This document shows positions 22,393-52,640 of a stretch of DNA of 64,000 nucleotides, piece after piece (within the stretch, counting starts at the first letter, position 1; every line of letters starts with the position of its first letter). The notes under the pieces are model-generated. The model was not told the origin of the DNA, made no database searches, and saw only the letters and a program-made list of their open reading frames with translations. Made by a program: the position numbers and the translations under genes. The stretch is taken from the NCBI RefSeq assembly GCF_009914755.1, contig NC_060926.1; one strand, written 5' to 3'. This DNA is from the human T2T-CHM13v2.0 reference genome, Homo sapiens.

Positions 22393-22526
22393 GCACACTC
22401 ACCACTCAGTCAGGACATGGACTTGGAACTCAGGATGGGGCTGTCATAGACAGACCCACCAGTAGGAACTGTCACAGAATGGCCTGCTGAACTGGGATGT
22501 GGAACTGTGGCGGGTGGAGAGGTCTG

Positions 22527-22532
22527 AATAAA
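22527..22532 (+). terminator. IMP4 poly(A) signal
   Basis: AATAAA 135 nt after the stop codon. Confidence 0.8.
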
Positions 22533-22849
22533 CCGTCTGTGTCATGGCCCCGCCTGCCTCTGAGTGGTCAGGCCAAGTCTGCAGGGCAAAGCCCATGGGA
22601 TCCCTTTGGGTGGGGACCTGATGGCTGTGGGACGTGCTTGGGCCTGGAGTCAGTGTGGGGGTTAACAGAGAGAGAGATTTGATGCTAACGTCCCCTCAAG
22701 AGTGAGGGTCATATGAGCTCTTCAGCAGGCAGATGTGGGTAGCAGGGCCAGCCTGTGTCAGGGGCAGCCCACCAAGTTAACTCACTGAGTGGAAGCCGCC
22801 AGTGTGCCAACGCGGAGGGGACAGGCCACACCCAGTGCTCAGCAGCTGA

Positions 22850-23830
22850 TTCCTCATGTAAGTGGCATCATGTGGTATTTGTTTTGTGTCTGGCTTATTT
22901 CTATTAACATAATGTTCTCCAGGTTCCTCCATGTTATTGCAAATGATAGGATTTCTTTCCTTGTAAAAAATAACATGCCACATTTTCTTACCAATCCGTC
23001 CACCAATAGACACTTAGGTCGTTTTCATAGTTTGGCAGTTGTGGAAATGCTGCAGTAAACATGGGAGTATAGCTATCTTTTGAAGATAATGATTTCATCT
23101 CTTTTTTATATGTATACCCAGAAGTGGGATTGCTGCATCAAATGGTGGTTCTATTTTTAATTTTTTGAGGAACCGCCATACTGTTTTCCATAAAGGCTGT
23201 ACTAATTTCCATTCTCACCAACAGTTCACTAGGGTTCCCTTTTCTCCACATTGTTGCCAACATTCTTTATCTTGTGTTTTTTAATAACAGCTATCCTAAC
23301 AGGTATGAGGTGATCTCTCTCATTGCGGTTTTGATTTGCATTTCCCTAACGGTTGGTGATACTGAGCATTTTTGCATACACCGGGTCATTTGTTCTTTGT
23401 TGTTGACTTGAGTCCCTTATATAGTTTGGATACTGCTGTGGCCTGAATGTTTGTGTCCCCCAAAAATTCGTATATTGAACTCTCATCCCTAAGGTCAACA
23501 GTTTAGGGAAGCGATTAGGTCCTGAGGACTCTGCCCTCTTGCATAGAATTAGTGCTCTTATAAAAGATGCCCGAGGGAGCTCTTTTGCCCCTCCTGCCAT
23601 GTGAGGACACAGCTAGAAGCTACCATCTGTGAACCAGGAAGCCCCCCTCACCAGACACTGAATCTGCTGGAGCCACCATCTTGGACTTCCCAGCCTCCAG
23701 AGCTGTGAGAAATAAATGCCTGTTGTTTAAGCTACCCAGTCTGTGGTATTTTGTTAGAACAGCCCAAGTTGAGACAGATAGTAACCCTTTACCAGATACA
23801 TGGTTTGCAAATAGTTTTTCCCACTCTGTA
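22850..23830 (-). mobile_element. L1M 3' fragment, antisense, interrupted by MLT1A
   Basis: tgtctggcttattt..cataatgttctccaggtt..catgtt..caaatga; ttttgaggaacc.ccatactgttttcca. Confidence 0.8.
23434..23776 (+). mobile_element. MLT1A/MST-type MaLR LTR
   Basis: tgctgtggcctgaatgtttgtgtccccc...ttggacttcccagcctccagagctgtgagaaataaat. Confidence 0.8.
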
Positions 23831-24159
23831 GATATAGCCATTGAGAAGCTCCTCAAGATAGACATTAAATACAAAGAAGCATGGTGTGAAACGCCATGTG
23901 TGATATGCTGTCAGTGTGCAAAAGAGGCAGGGAGGGCCCTGCACTTGCATGTATGTGCTGCATCATCCCCAGAAGGCTGAACTCCTTGCTGGTGCACTGG
24001 GTACCCAGGGAGGAGGGAGGTTCTTTACTGTAATGTTAGCAGGTGAACATTGTATCCACTTGACCACGAAGAACTGCCCTCTTGAGTTCTCTGCCCATTT
24101 TTTGGGGGGGTACAGGCGGACACTTGGAAGACATCCTTATGATAAAAAAGCATACAGAA

Positions 24160-24295
24160 GGCCTGGTGCAGTCACTCACACCTGTAATAATCCCAGCGCT
24201 TTGGGAGGTCAAGGCAAGGAGGTTCACTTGAAGTCAGGAGTTTGAGACCAGCCTGGGCAATACAGGGAGAGCTCATCTCTACAAAACATTTTTAA
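24160..24295 (+). mobile_element. Alu monomer (FLAM)
   Basis: Left-arm monomer. Confidence 0.8.
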
Positions 24296-24707
24296 AAACA
24301 CACACAAGTGCACATGGTGAAAAGTAAACCATCATCCTCCTTCCACCCCAAAGAACCCATCCCTAGTCTCCAGAGGTCATCAGTATTGACTTTTTAAAGA
24401 AGCTGGACTGATATCTTTTATTCATGGTATCCATAAGTTTGTTGACTGTTAATTATATTTTAACCTGAAAGGGATCATGTTGTGCACACTACTCTGAACC
24501 TTGCATCTTACCCTTTAATGACAAATGGATGCCACAGGGCTCCAAGGCTGTCTAGTACACATGGATCTGCCTCCTTCCTTGTGGCTACATTGTTGGGTGG
24601 CTTCCTGTTTTTACCCCCACAAATACTGCTTCGAGAGCATCATTGAACATACTTCTGTGCATATTTATGCAAGTGTATCTGATGCATACATCCCTACAAG
24701 AGGAATT

Positions 24708-25119
<412 letters not shown>

Positions 25120-25930
25120 CTAGGTGCAAAATGTTTCCCCAATTGCATTTGCATTTCTTTAGTTACTCTGGAGGTTGTGCCTCTTTTCAAATACTTACTG
25201 GCCTTGTGTGTTATGTATTTTCTGTGATGGGTCTGCTCTCCTTATAGATGCATTTGTTCACCTCTAGATTGATTGTTTTAAATCTTGTTAGTTGTGGAAA
25301 ATTTGAAACATACAAGAGCAGAGAAGATGGTATAGTGAGTCGCTGAGCCGGTTTTGATGTGAGCCAGTCTTCATAGCTCACCCACTCCCTGTATCCACTC
25401 CACCAGTTTTTAAAGTAGATCTCAGACATCAGAGCATTTCATCCATATGTATTTCCATGTATATCTCTAAAAGATAAGGACTCAACAACAACAAAAAAAT
25501 TATTACACATAAAATTATCAATGATCATTCCTTTATATCATCAGATATCCACTTAATGTTCAGCTTGCCTTGATTAGAGTGTGCTTGTTTCGACTAAGAT
25601 CGACATCAGGTCCATTCATTGCAAATAATTGACAAGTCTTTTAAAAACAGCTTTATTGCGATAGTCAACATATTACACAATTCACAGCGCAGGTTGAACT
25701 CACAGCCTTGTGCGCCCGTCCCTGTGCATCAATGATTTTTTAAAAATCATATTCATAGGGCTGTGTAACCATCACCACAATCTAATTTTGGAACATTTTT
25801 TGTCCCCCTCTGCCCCCACTGCCCCGGAGAGAAACCCCATACGCATTAGCTGTCACTCTAATCCCCTCCCTCCCACCAGGCCCCAGCCCCTCTGGCAACC
25901 ACTAGTCTACTTTTGGCCAGACTCTGCTGA

Positions 25931-26258
<328 letters not shown>

Positions 26259-27000
26259 TTAGAACAGGATTTTTTTTTTTTAATTAATACTTTTGGTCTC
26301 TATAGATTTGCTGTTTCTGAACATTTCATGTAAATGGAATAATACGTCTTTTCTGACTGGCTTCTTCCACTTAGCATAATGTTTTCTAAGCTTATTCACA
26401 GTGTAATTTATTTATGTCAGCACTTCATTTCTTTTCATTGCCAAATAATATTCCATGTATGTCCCTATACATGGGGTATTATTATATGCCACATTTGATC
26501 CATCAGTTGATGAAATTTAGGTTGTTTGCCACATTTGGGCCATTGTGAACAATGCTGCTATGAGCATTTGTGTGTTAAGTCTTGAGTCTCTCTATAAGAT
26601 TGTCTGTTTCTTTGCAGTTTACTCAGTTAGGAAACTGGTTTGTCTTAATAGACCTTTCACCGTCTGGATGTTGCTGATCTTAACACTGTGGTGTCATTTA
26701 ACATTTTTGTCTGCCGTTGTGTTTTCTCTGAATTAATATTGAGATCTAGAGGCTCAATCAGATATACCTGCAAATTTTTTTAGCAGTAATACTTGATGAG
26801 GGTGTTATGTTCTTTCATTAGGAATCTCAGTGCCTGCCTGGGAGTCGTTTTTGTGATGTCAGTAGGCAGTATTATTGCATAGCTCCATTAATTTATTAGG
26901 GGTTCAAACTTGGTGCCTATTTCTCAAGAAATTAATATGGAAGCTTTTTGCATTACAGTTTCAAATTCATTAAACTGGTGTGTGTAAGTACTTAGTGTAG

Positions 27001-27297
27001 TTTTTTTCTTTTTTTTTTTTTTTGAGATGGAGTCTCGTTCTGTTGCCCAGGCTGGAGTGCAGTGGCGCAATCGCTGCTCACTCCGCCTCCGGGGTTCAAG
27101 CGATTCTCCTGCCTCCGCCTCCCAAGTAGCTGGGACTACAGGCGCCCGCCACCATGCCTGGCTAATTTTTTGTATTTTTAGTAGAGATGAGGTTTCACCA
27201 TGTTAGCCAGGATGGTCTCGATCTCCTGACCTCGTGATCCACCCACCTCGGCTTCCCAAAGTACTAGGATTACAGGCATGAGCCACCACGCCTGGCC
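27001..27297 (-). mobile_element. Alu
   Basis: Antisense dimer. Confidence 0.95.
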
Positions 27298-28764
27298 TAG
27301 TTAGTGTATTTTAACTAGCTACCTTATTAAATTTTCTCATAAGTCCTTACAGTTTTTCATAAGAGTTTCTAAAACTTTGTAGCTGATTATGCTATATGCC
27401 AGTTAGCATTTCTGATGGGCCCCTCCCTCCTTTCTCCTTGCCACCCTGCATTGCCTAGGACTTCAGAACACCCTGGTCAGCAGCAGCAGTGAGGGTGCCC
27501 CCTCATTATAGGAATCCTTCCAGAGGTGTTTACACTCACCCAAGCATGGATGCACACTCATTTCTCTCTGGTGTTATAATTGATGGGCAGACAGCAATGC
27601 ACACGGATCCATGCATCCCTTTGGTTGTCCTGGGAACTGCACTCAGCCATGACACATGGGCTGTGCAATCAGGGCCCACAGACACGGCCCTCATCTGTGC
27701 AGGACCCTGGCCGGCATTTGCTGACAATAACATGGCCAGTTGGTCTTTTCTAAATAAAGCACCGCATACAGAGGAAGTATGCTGAAGCTGGGCTAGCATC
27801 AGGTGTAGAAACTGCAGGCTGAGGAGGCAGCAGCCTGACCCGGCCTGTCAGTCATGGAAGTCCCAGAGTGCTGCCAGCGTTGCTGTTAGAGCACTTGTCT
27901 GCCCGAGTTTATTTCCTCCAGGGGCACATCGGGGGCCTGCTCTGGGCCATGCAGATGCCCAGGCTCTGCCCTGGAGTAGTGGGGGAAAAGTTGGTATGAG
28001 CATTTTAAAGATGGGGAAGAGGGCTTTCCCCTCTATTCCTAGTGGTTTCCCCTCCTTTCTGAAGCAGAATTGCAGGACAGCTCCCGAGGGCAGCAGGTCA
28101 GCCTCCACAAAGAGCTGGGGGTTGTGGGGTTTGGTGGTAGCGCTGAGAAGGGGTAGGGTGGCTTTCTCTTTGGCCTCTTTCTCTTTGGCTTTCTCTTTCC
28201 ACCGCGCTGAGCTGCTGACCCTTTCCCATGGAGCGATCAGGAGGAGTCTTTGATTCAGAACACTGAAACCTGGCACGCCTGAGGAGAGTTAGAGGAGACA
28301 GGAACAAAAGCTCTCCCAGAGGACTTAGAGCTCTCAGGCATCGGACGGGAGGGGGACACAGCCACATGCTTCCTCTTGCACTGAAGAGGGTTGCCTTTTT
28401 CCTGTTTGCTAAATGCCAGACTTGTGGATGGACCAACAGGACAACTTGCCCAGCTTGAAGGTTTTTAACAGAATGAAGCAATGGGAAAATGTTTTCAAAT
28501 TTATGCCCCCCCTTCCACTTTTGTTTTAACTTAGAGGAGGGAGTAAGGAGGTGGGCGTGGCAATATCAGAAAGGGAAACTAGCAGTGTAATAATAATATT
28601 AATAGTACCAAGTGTATACTGCAAGCCAAGTGCTGTTCTATCTAAATGCTTTATATACAATGATTTCCTTAAATTCTCACAATAAAGCAACAAGAAGAGA
28701 CACAGTCCTACAGAGGAGGAAATTGAGACATAGAAATTAAATGACTTGCCCAAGGTCATACTGA

Positions 28765-29067
<303 letters not shown>

Positions 29068-29791
29068 TAACTAAGCAAAAAAGGAAGCTGGAGAAGAACT
29101 GTACCCTGGAGATGCCAGCAGTCTCCAAGGAGCTCCCCGCAAGCATCCCAGAGGAAGGGGTGTCTGCCAGGGGTCTCCACTGTAGTTTCTCTTTTCCCCT
29201 TTGCAGGCTCAGAGCAGGCTGAACTCACAGCCTTGTGCACCTGTCCCTGTGCATCTTCCTCTACCTTGTCCTCTTGGCTCTGTTGAGCGGCCCATGTAGC
29301 CACACTGACTGGTGGGCAGGTGACAGACTGGCACATGGCACGTGGGCTTTGGTACACTTGGGGTCTCTGTAGCAGTGCCAGCAGCTCCCACTGTGCAAGA
29401 CTGCTGCTGGCAGCGTGAACAGGAGGGCCACCAGCAGCAGTGAGTCTCATTGCAAGAACACAGCTGGCAGTCCTCCGGGAGAGAAAAGCCGGGGTGGGCC
29501 AGGGCCTCTGGAAGATGTGGGGTCTTCCCATCCCCCACACCTAGCCTGAGCTGAACAGAGGGCAAGCTAAGAGTTTGGATGTTTGGAGAGACATGAGGAA
29601 CGGTCAGGTGTCAGGAGGACAGGTGGGTTAAACAACAAGGTGGGGCTTGGAGTGAGGGTGAACACGAGGACAGAAAGACACTCAAGGCAGCTGGAAGTAC
29701 AAATGGCAGACTACAGCCTCAGCCACTTAATGTTCACAGGCCACAAGGCAGCATCTGGCTAGTCACTCAGATCCTCTAATAGACAAACCAC

Positions 29792-29794
<3 letters not shown>

Positions 29795-29824
<30 letters not shown>
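29795..29824. repeat. (CA)n microsatellite
   Basis: Uninterrupted CA run. Confidence 0.95.
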
Positions 29825-29827
<3 letters not shown>

Positions 29828-30689
29828 GGCTGGACAGACTTCCAGATGGACAGAATCCCAGGGAAACACCCAGCTGGACAAACAGACAGATTACTGACAG
29901 ATGGGTAGACCCTCAGCCAGACATCCAAATAGGCCTGTGGCCAGAGAGACACCTGGGCCCCCCAGCCAGGCAAAGGTCAGAATCCCTCAAGGACAGGTGC
30001 CCTCCCCAAAATGGACAGAGACATTACCCCAGAGGAGAGAACACCCCACCCACCTAGTCAACCAGACCTTCAGCTGGACGACATGCCCTCCACCAGTCAG
30101 ACAGACCTCAGCCTATGAGGACAGGCCCTCAACAGGATCCCTGCTGCTGGACAGAGATCCTCTAGCCCATAAAGACTGCCCTGAATAACCATGTGTGCTC
30201 AGGGGCTCACATTTTCCCAGAAAATGTCTTTATTTTCTGAAAGCTTACTGATGCTTCTGTATTCTACCTCCCTGGATCTCCATGGCCATCCACAAACCCT
30301 CAATGATTATACTGAGAGTCACTATCATGCACTGAGCAGAGCTCTCAATGACTTCCCAGACTCTTCGGACCCTTCAATTACTAACACTCCAAATCCCAAT
30401 GGCCCCACAATTACTTTCACTTCTTGTCCCAAGTATCCACTGGCCTCCCAATGACTGTCATTAATATCTACTGACACCCCCCCCCCCCCATGAACATCCA
30501 AGGGACCCCGACTGGCTTCCAATGAATTCCCTATCACCACCATCCTAAACAATTACCTCCCTGAGAATGCTCAAAGATGAAACTGATAAATGATGAACAT
30601 GAATCTCACAGTGACCCCTGCGGACCCCACGATAAATCAAACAGCCCTAGCTGCTGATCCCCACAGAGCCACTTTGATCGCTCCATCAC

Positions 30690-30925
30690 TTCGGCCAAGG
30701 TCAGCAAACGACAGCCTGTAGGCCACACACACACACTAGAATAATTCATGACACATGAACATTACATGAAATTCTGATTTCTTTGTCCATAAATGGTTTC
30801 TTTGGGACACAGCCACACTATATTGTCTGCTTTCATGCTGCCACAGCTGAGTTAAGCAGCTGGGGCAGCGATAGCAAAGCCAAAACCACTTCCTACCGGG
30901 ACCTTTAAGAAAGTGTGCCCTTAAA
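30690..30925 (+). mobile_element. MER58-like DNA transposon
   Basis: ggtcagcaaac..cagcctg.aggcc...gacacagccacac..tattgtct..gctttc..gctg.cacag. Confidence 0.55.
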
Positions 30926-32030
30926 TACTCTGATAGCCCCTAGTGAATTAAATTGACCACCTGACATCATGCCCCTGTTGACCCTTCAGAGACTCAGGCA
31001 CACATCCAGGCCCCAATGCTACCTTTCAACCCCTCAACGACCTCAAACTGGTGTCCACTGACGCCCCTTCCAGTGACACCCCTCTTAATTCTTCCGACCT
31101 CGGCGAGAAGGGGGCTAACCTAGGCCTGTCCTTGAAGAGACCCAGGTGCCAGTCCATTCTCTCCAGCCTCCCCTCGGTGATCCCGGAAGCTGGAACGGCG
31201 GCTCTCCTCTGACCTCTGCACACTTTCTGAAGATGGGAGTGTCAGGGCAGGCAAAAAAGAGAAGCTCTTCGTTCCCCAGAACCCACTTCCAGTGCCTCAG
31301 TTCTGTTTCCCAGCAGGCTTGTGCAGGTCGAGATGCTCACACAGGACTGACCCTGGTGCCCCAGCGCATCCGGGAAAAAGGAACCACAAATTCCTCGGGA
31401 AATACACAGAGAAGATCCCGCTGCCACTTGGCCTTTCCCACGGCGTGGCTGCCCCTCCCCGGCCTCCCTTGGGCCCGGCTGGAGCGCACAGCGCGGGACG
31501 CCCCCGACCCGGGGTCCTCTGGCACGAGGGGCAGCCTGATCTCGGCGACCGTCTCCACCCAAGGCTGCTGCCCGCCCCAGCTCGGACTCCGCGCGGCCTG
31601 GCTCCCAGGGGACGGGCGGGAGGGCCCGGCGAGACCGCTCGGCCGTCCACCCAGAGCCGGCACCCGGAGGTCGGCCCCTGGGCGCGGATCCCGATCTGAG
31701 GGCGGGTCCCAAGCGGCAGGGAGCGAACCTGGGACCGTGCCACCCCCCCACCAGTGGGCGCGGCAGCCGAAAAAAAGGGGAAGCGCCGGCGCTGGACTCT
31801 GCTCAGGGCAGCCCGCGAGGACCTAGGGCTCCGGCCACAGCGGCCCGAGCGCCCGGGGTGGGGCTACGCGGGCTCAGAACACGGTGGCTGGGGCGCCCTG
31901 CCCGCCGCTGCGCGCTTCCATTGGCTGCCGAGGCAAGGGCGGGGACTCAGTCACCGGCCTCCGCCTCCCGCGGCGTCCACACTCGCCGCGCGCGCGGCGG
32001 CCGGGCTGGACCTTGCTGGCCCGCGGCGCC

Positions 32031-49127
<17,097 letters not shown>

Positions 49128-50206
49128 GTCTAACGCCAGTTCCTGCCTGTTGCCTCTTGTGAGCTCGGACTGCTGATGCCCCGGTGCTGCTGAGCGCCGT
49201 GCGCAGAATGGAAACAGTGGGCCTGGATCAAAGTTAAAGTTTCTCAGGGTGGGAAATGTGGGGGCTTTGCCCCAATGACTGTAGCATTCAAGGCTTGAGG
49301 CTGGAGGAGGTAGCTAGGGTATAGTGGCTGGTGAGGCTGCACAGAGCAGATTCAAGAAAGAAGATCAGGAAGGGGCATGACCCCTGAGTTATGAAGGGGA
49401 GAAGGGACAGATGAGCTTCCGGAGACTGCTCTCCTCACCACACAGCACTAGTCCATCCTCAGCACCTGAGCCTCCCTCACTTGGACACTCAGGGGACCAC
49501 ACAGAGAAGTGGATGGACACTTCGCCATCCAGGCAGAACTAAGCCAGGCATAACCACAGCCAAGCAGATTAACCCCAGGCAGACCGATAAAAAGACCTCC
49601 AGATAGGCAGACAGACAGATGGACCACCAACCTGGACAGACAGCCAAAGCTTCAGAGATACAGTCCACAGGTGGACAAAGGGATCCCCAGCCAGAGAGAG
49701 AGAGACCAGCCAACAGCTTGATAGACCAGTGCAGCCAGAGAGACCACCAAACAGAGCCCCCAAAAGACAGACATCTCTGCTAGCTGGACAGCCAGGTGGA
49801 CCCCCTAAGTTAGATTACTAGACAGATATAAACAGATCCCCTGCTGAACAGATACACAGAGTTCTCAGACCCCACCCCCACCCTCAGGTGGGCTGGCTGG
49901 CTGACAGACCTTCTGGCCAGACAGACTCCTAACCAACCAGATGGACTGCCAGACAGGCAGACATCAGCCACATGGAATCCTGACATCCCAGCCAGCCGGC
50001 CAGACTCTCATCTTGATGTCTTGATGGATGGACCCCAGCTAGTCAGACATGATCCTCCAGATTGACAGACAAGTCCCCCAAATGAGTACACATCTCCAGC
50101 TATTCAGACAGATGGACCCCCAGCAAATCAGGACCTATCTAGGCAGACCCCAGCCAGACCCCCGCCAGACAGACTCCCAACCAGACTGACCCCTTACTAT
50201 TCACAC

Positions 50207-50370
50207 AGCCTGCCGAGTAGCTGGGACTACAGGTCTAATTTTTTTTTTTTTTAAGAAATGAGTTTTTGCCATGTTGCCCAGACTGGTCTTGAACTCCCAA
50301 CCTCAAGCAATCCTCCTGCCTCAGCCTCCCAAAGTGCTGAGATTACAGGTGTGAGCCACCAGGCTCAGCC
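50207..50370 (-). mobile_element. Alu fragment in the PTPN18 3'UTR
   Basis: gagtagctgggactacagg...cctcccaaagtgctgagattacagg. Confidence 0.85.
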
Positions 50371-50447
50371 CCCTAAGATTTGAAACACTTTAAATGGCCC
50401 ATGGTAGGGTTCCTGCTAGGATAAAACATTAAGCGGCTGTTAAAAGA

Positions 50448-50453
50448 AATAAA
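50448..50453 (+). terminator. Proximal PTPN18 poly(A) signal candidate
   Basis: AATAAA in the 3'UTR. Confidence 0.5.
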
Positions 50454-51286
50454 AGGAGGACACGTCTCTGTGCACTGGTGTGGACAAATCTCCAAGTCAC
50501 TGCAAAATGGAAAAAGTATAAGATGCTCTTTCCCTGAACCTCAAGGGTCCCGCCCCTCTCACTTTCAGGTCTCTGGACCTCTGACTGACACTGTGCCTGC
50601 CCAGGTCCCTGTATGCACTGCCACAGTGCCCTGGGCCCCATGTCCACCCCTGTCCTGCCCTTCTCTGGGATAGGGCTGGCCTTCCTCTGCCTCTGCCTGG
50701 CTGCATCCATGGTCGATCTCAAGTGCCTTGGCATGAACTCCACTCTCCTGCAGCCTTCAATCAAGGAATGATGGGGATGTGTACATACCCCACCCCACCC
50801 CTTGGCAGGGTGATGCTGAGGTGTGGATTTTTAACAGTTCCCAGACTTTCCCAGGAGGCTTGGGTTTGGGTGCCCACAGTGGGAGCTGGTGTGATATCAT
50901 ACCTTCGCCGGCCGCCTTTCCTTCCTGTTCTCTGTGCCCCTACTCCCACTCTAGAGCTGCCCCGTTTCTCTGTTTTCGTGAAAGAGCTGACCCTGTGCTG
51001 CCTCCCACTCTCCCAATGCCCCTGCCACTCCTGTGAGCCTGCTGCTGGTGAGGTCGGTGCTGACCTCTGTGTTGCTGGATAATGAGTCATCTATCTCTGG
51101 AGGAGAAGAAAGGCAGGTCCTCCACAGCCCTGATAAAATCTCCAAGTCTCCCAGTTTCGGGTCCCTCTCCTGGGATGCAGACCCACTGCCTGCCCAGCTG
51201 GTACGATCCACATGCCCTCTTCTTGGGAATAGGGGCATGGGAAAGTGACTAAAGATACTGTTCTGGCTGCTGTGTTCACTGTGAGT

Positions 51287-51292
51287 AATAAA
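51287..51292 (+). terminator. Distal PTPN18 poly(A) signal
   Basis: AATAAA followed by a GU/U-rich tract (gtctgtttttcctttt). Confidence 0.7.
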
Positions 51293-51320
51293 CTGTCCAT
51301 TTCTCCGATTCAGAGGTCTG

Positions 51321-51628
51321 TTTTTCCTTTTTTTCTTCCCCAAAGATGGAGTCTTGCTCTGTCGCCCAGGCTGGAGTACAATGTCGCAATCTTGGCTCAC
51401 TACAACCTCTGTCTCCGCCTCCCAGGTTCAAGCAATTCTTCTGCCTCAGCCTCTCAAGTAGCTGGGATTAAACGCGTGTACCACTATGCCCAGCTAATAT
51501 TTGTATTTTTAGTAGAGATGGGGTTTCACCACGTTGGCAAGGCTGGTCTCGAACTCCTGACCTCGTGATCTACCTGCCCCTGCCTCACGAAGTGCTGGGA
51601 TTACTGGCGTGAGTCACTGCTCCCGGCC
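51321..51628 (-). mobile_element. Alu
   Basis: Antisense dimer just after the distal poly(A) signal. Confidence 0.95.
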
Positions 51629-52207
51629 TTGGTCTGGTGTTTTATACACATGTGCATGTGATGTGGAGCTGTGCAGGCCACCTTGTCAGCATGCGAGGAG
51701 GGTCCAGTCTCTGCGCCTTCTTGGTTTCTGACTTCACACCCAGTAGCCTCACTCCTGGCCCAGCATGGCAAGCACAGTTTCCACTCAGGCATTTGCCCTG
51801 GTTATTCTCTCTGCCTTGGATACTTTTCTCCTAGATTCTGCCTCTAATATATTTGAACATTTACCTCTTAATATTGTTTCCTGTCTCTCCTGATCAGAAT
51901 GTAAGCTGCGTGAGGGCAGGAGTTTTTGTTTGGTTTACAGCTACTGTCCCAGCTCCGAGAACAGTGCTGACACTTAGGAAGTGTGCAGGCTGATTTATCT
52001 CACACCATTTACTCCGGGTTTCCTCACTTCTAGTAAAGTATGACACCTTGTCTCAAATATTCTTTTCCTCTTTCCAGACCCATGTCTTTGCTCATGTAGA
52101 TCACTACTTCAGGCTGACATAAAAACCGTTCTCTTGTTAAGAAAGCTCAGCAATGGGAGAGGCAATCCTCCACCCGTCTCTTGCTCTCCTACAGGTCTTT
52201 CCTGGAG

Positions 52208-52640
52208 GTAGTGGGTTGAATGGTGGCCCCCAAAAAGATAGGTCCAAGTCCTAACTTCTAGAACCTGTGAATGCGACCTTATTTGGAAAAAGGGTCTTTG
52301 CAAATGTAATTAAAACACCTGGAGATGAAATCATCCTGTATTTAGGATGGGCCCTAAACCCAATGATGTCTTTATAAGAGAAAAGAGAGAGAGACGCAGA
52401 GACAAAGAGAAGAAGGTCATTGAGATGGAGGCAGAGATGGGGATGAAGTGTCTGCAAACCAAGGAATGCCAAAGATTGCCAGCAAACCACCAGGGGCCAG
52501 GAGAGAGGCCTGGCCGATTCTCCCTCACAGACAGTAGAGGGAACCACCCTGCTGACCCGTCAGTTTCAGGCTTTGGGACCTCAGAACTGTAAGAGAATAA
52601 ACATGTTTTGAGCCACACGGTTTATAGTCATTTGTTATGG
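52208..52640 (+). mobile_element. MLT1C/D-type MaLR LTR
   Basis: gtagtgggttgaatggtggcccccaaaaagata...cagaactgtaagagaataaa...gcagccacaggaaact. Confidence 0.8.
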
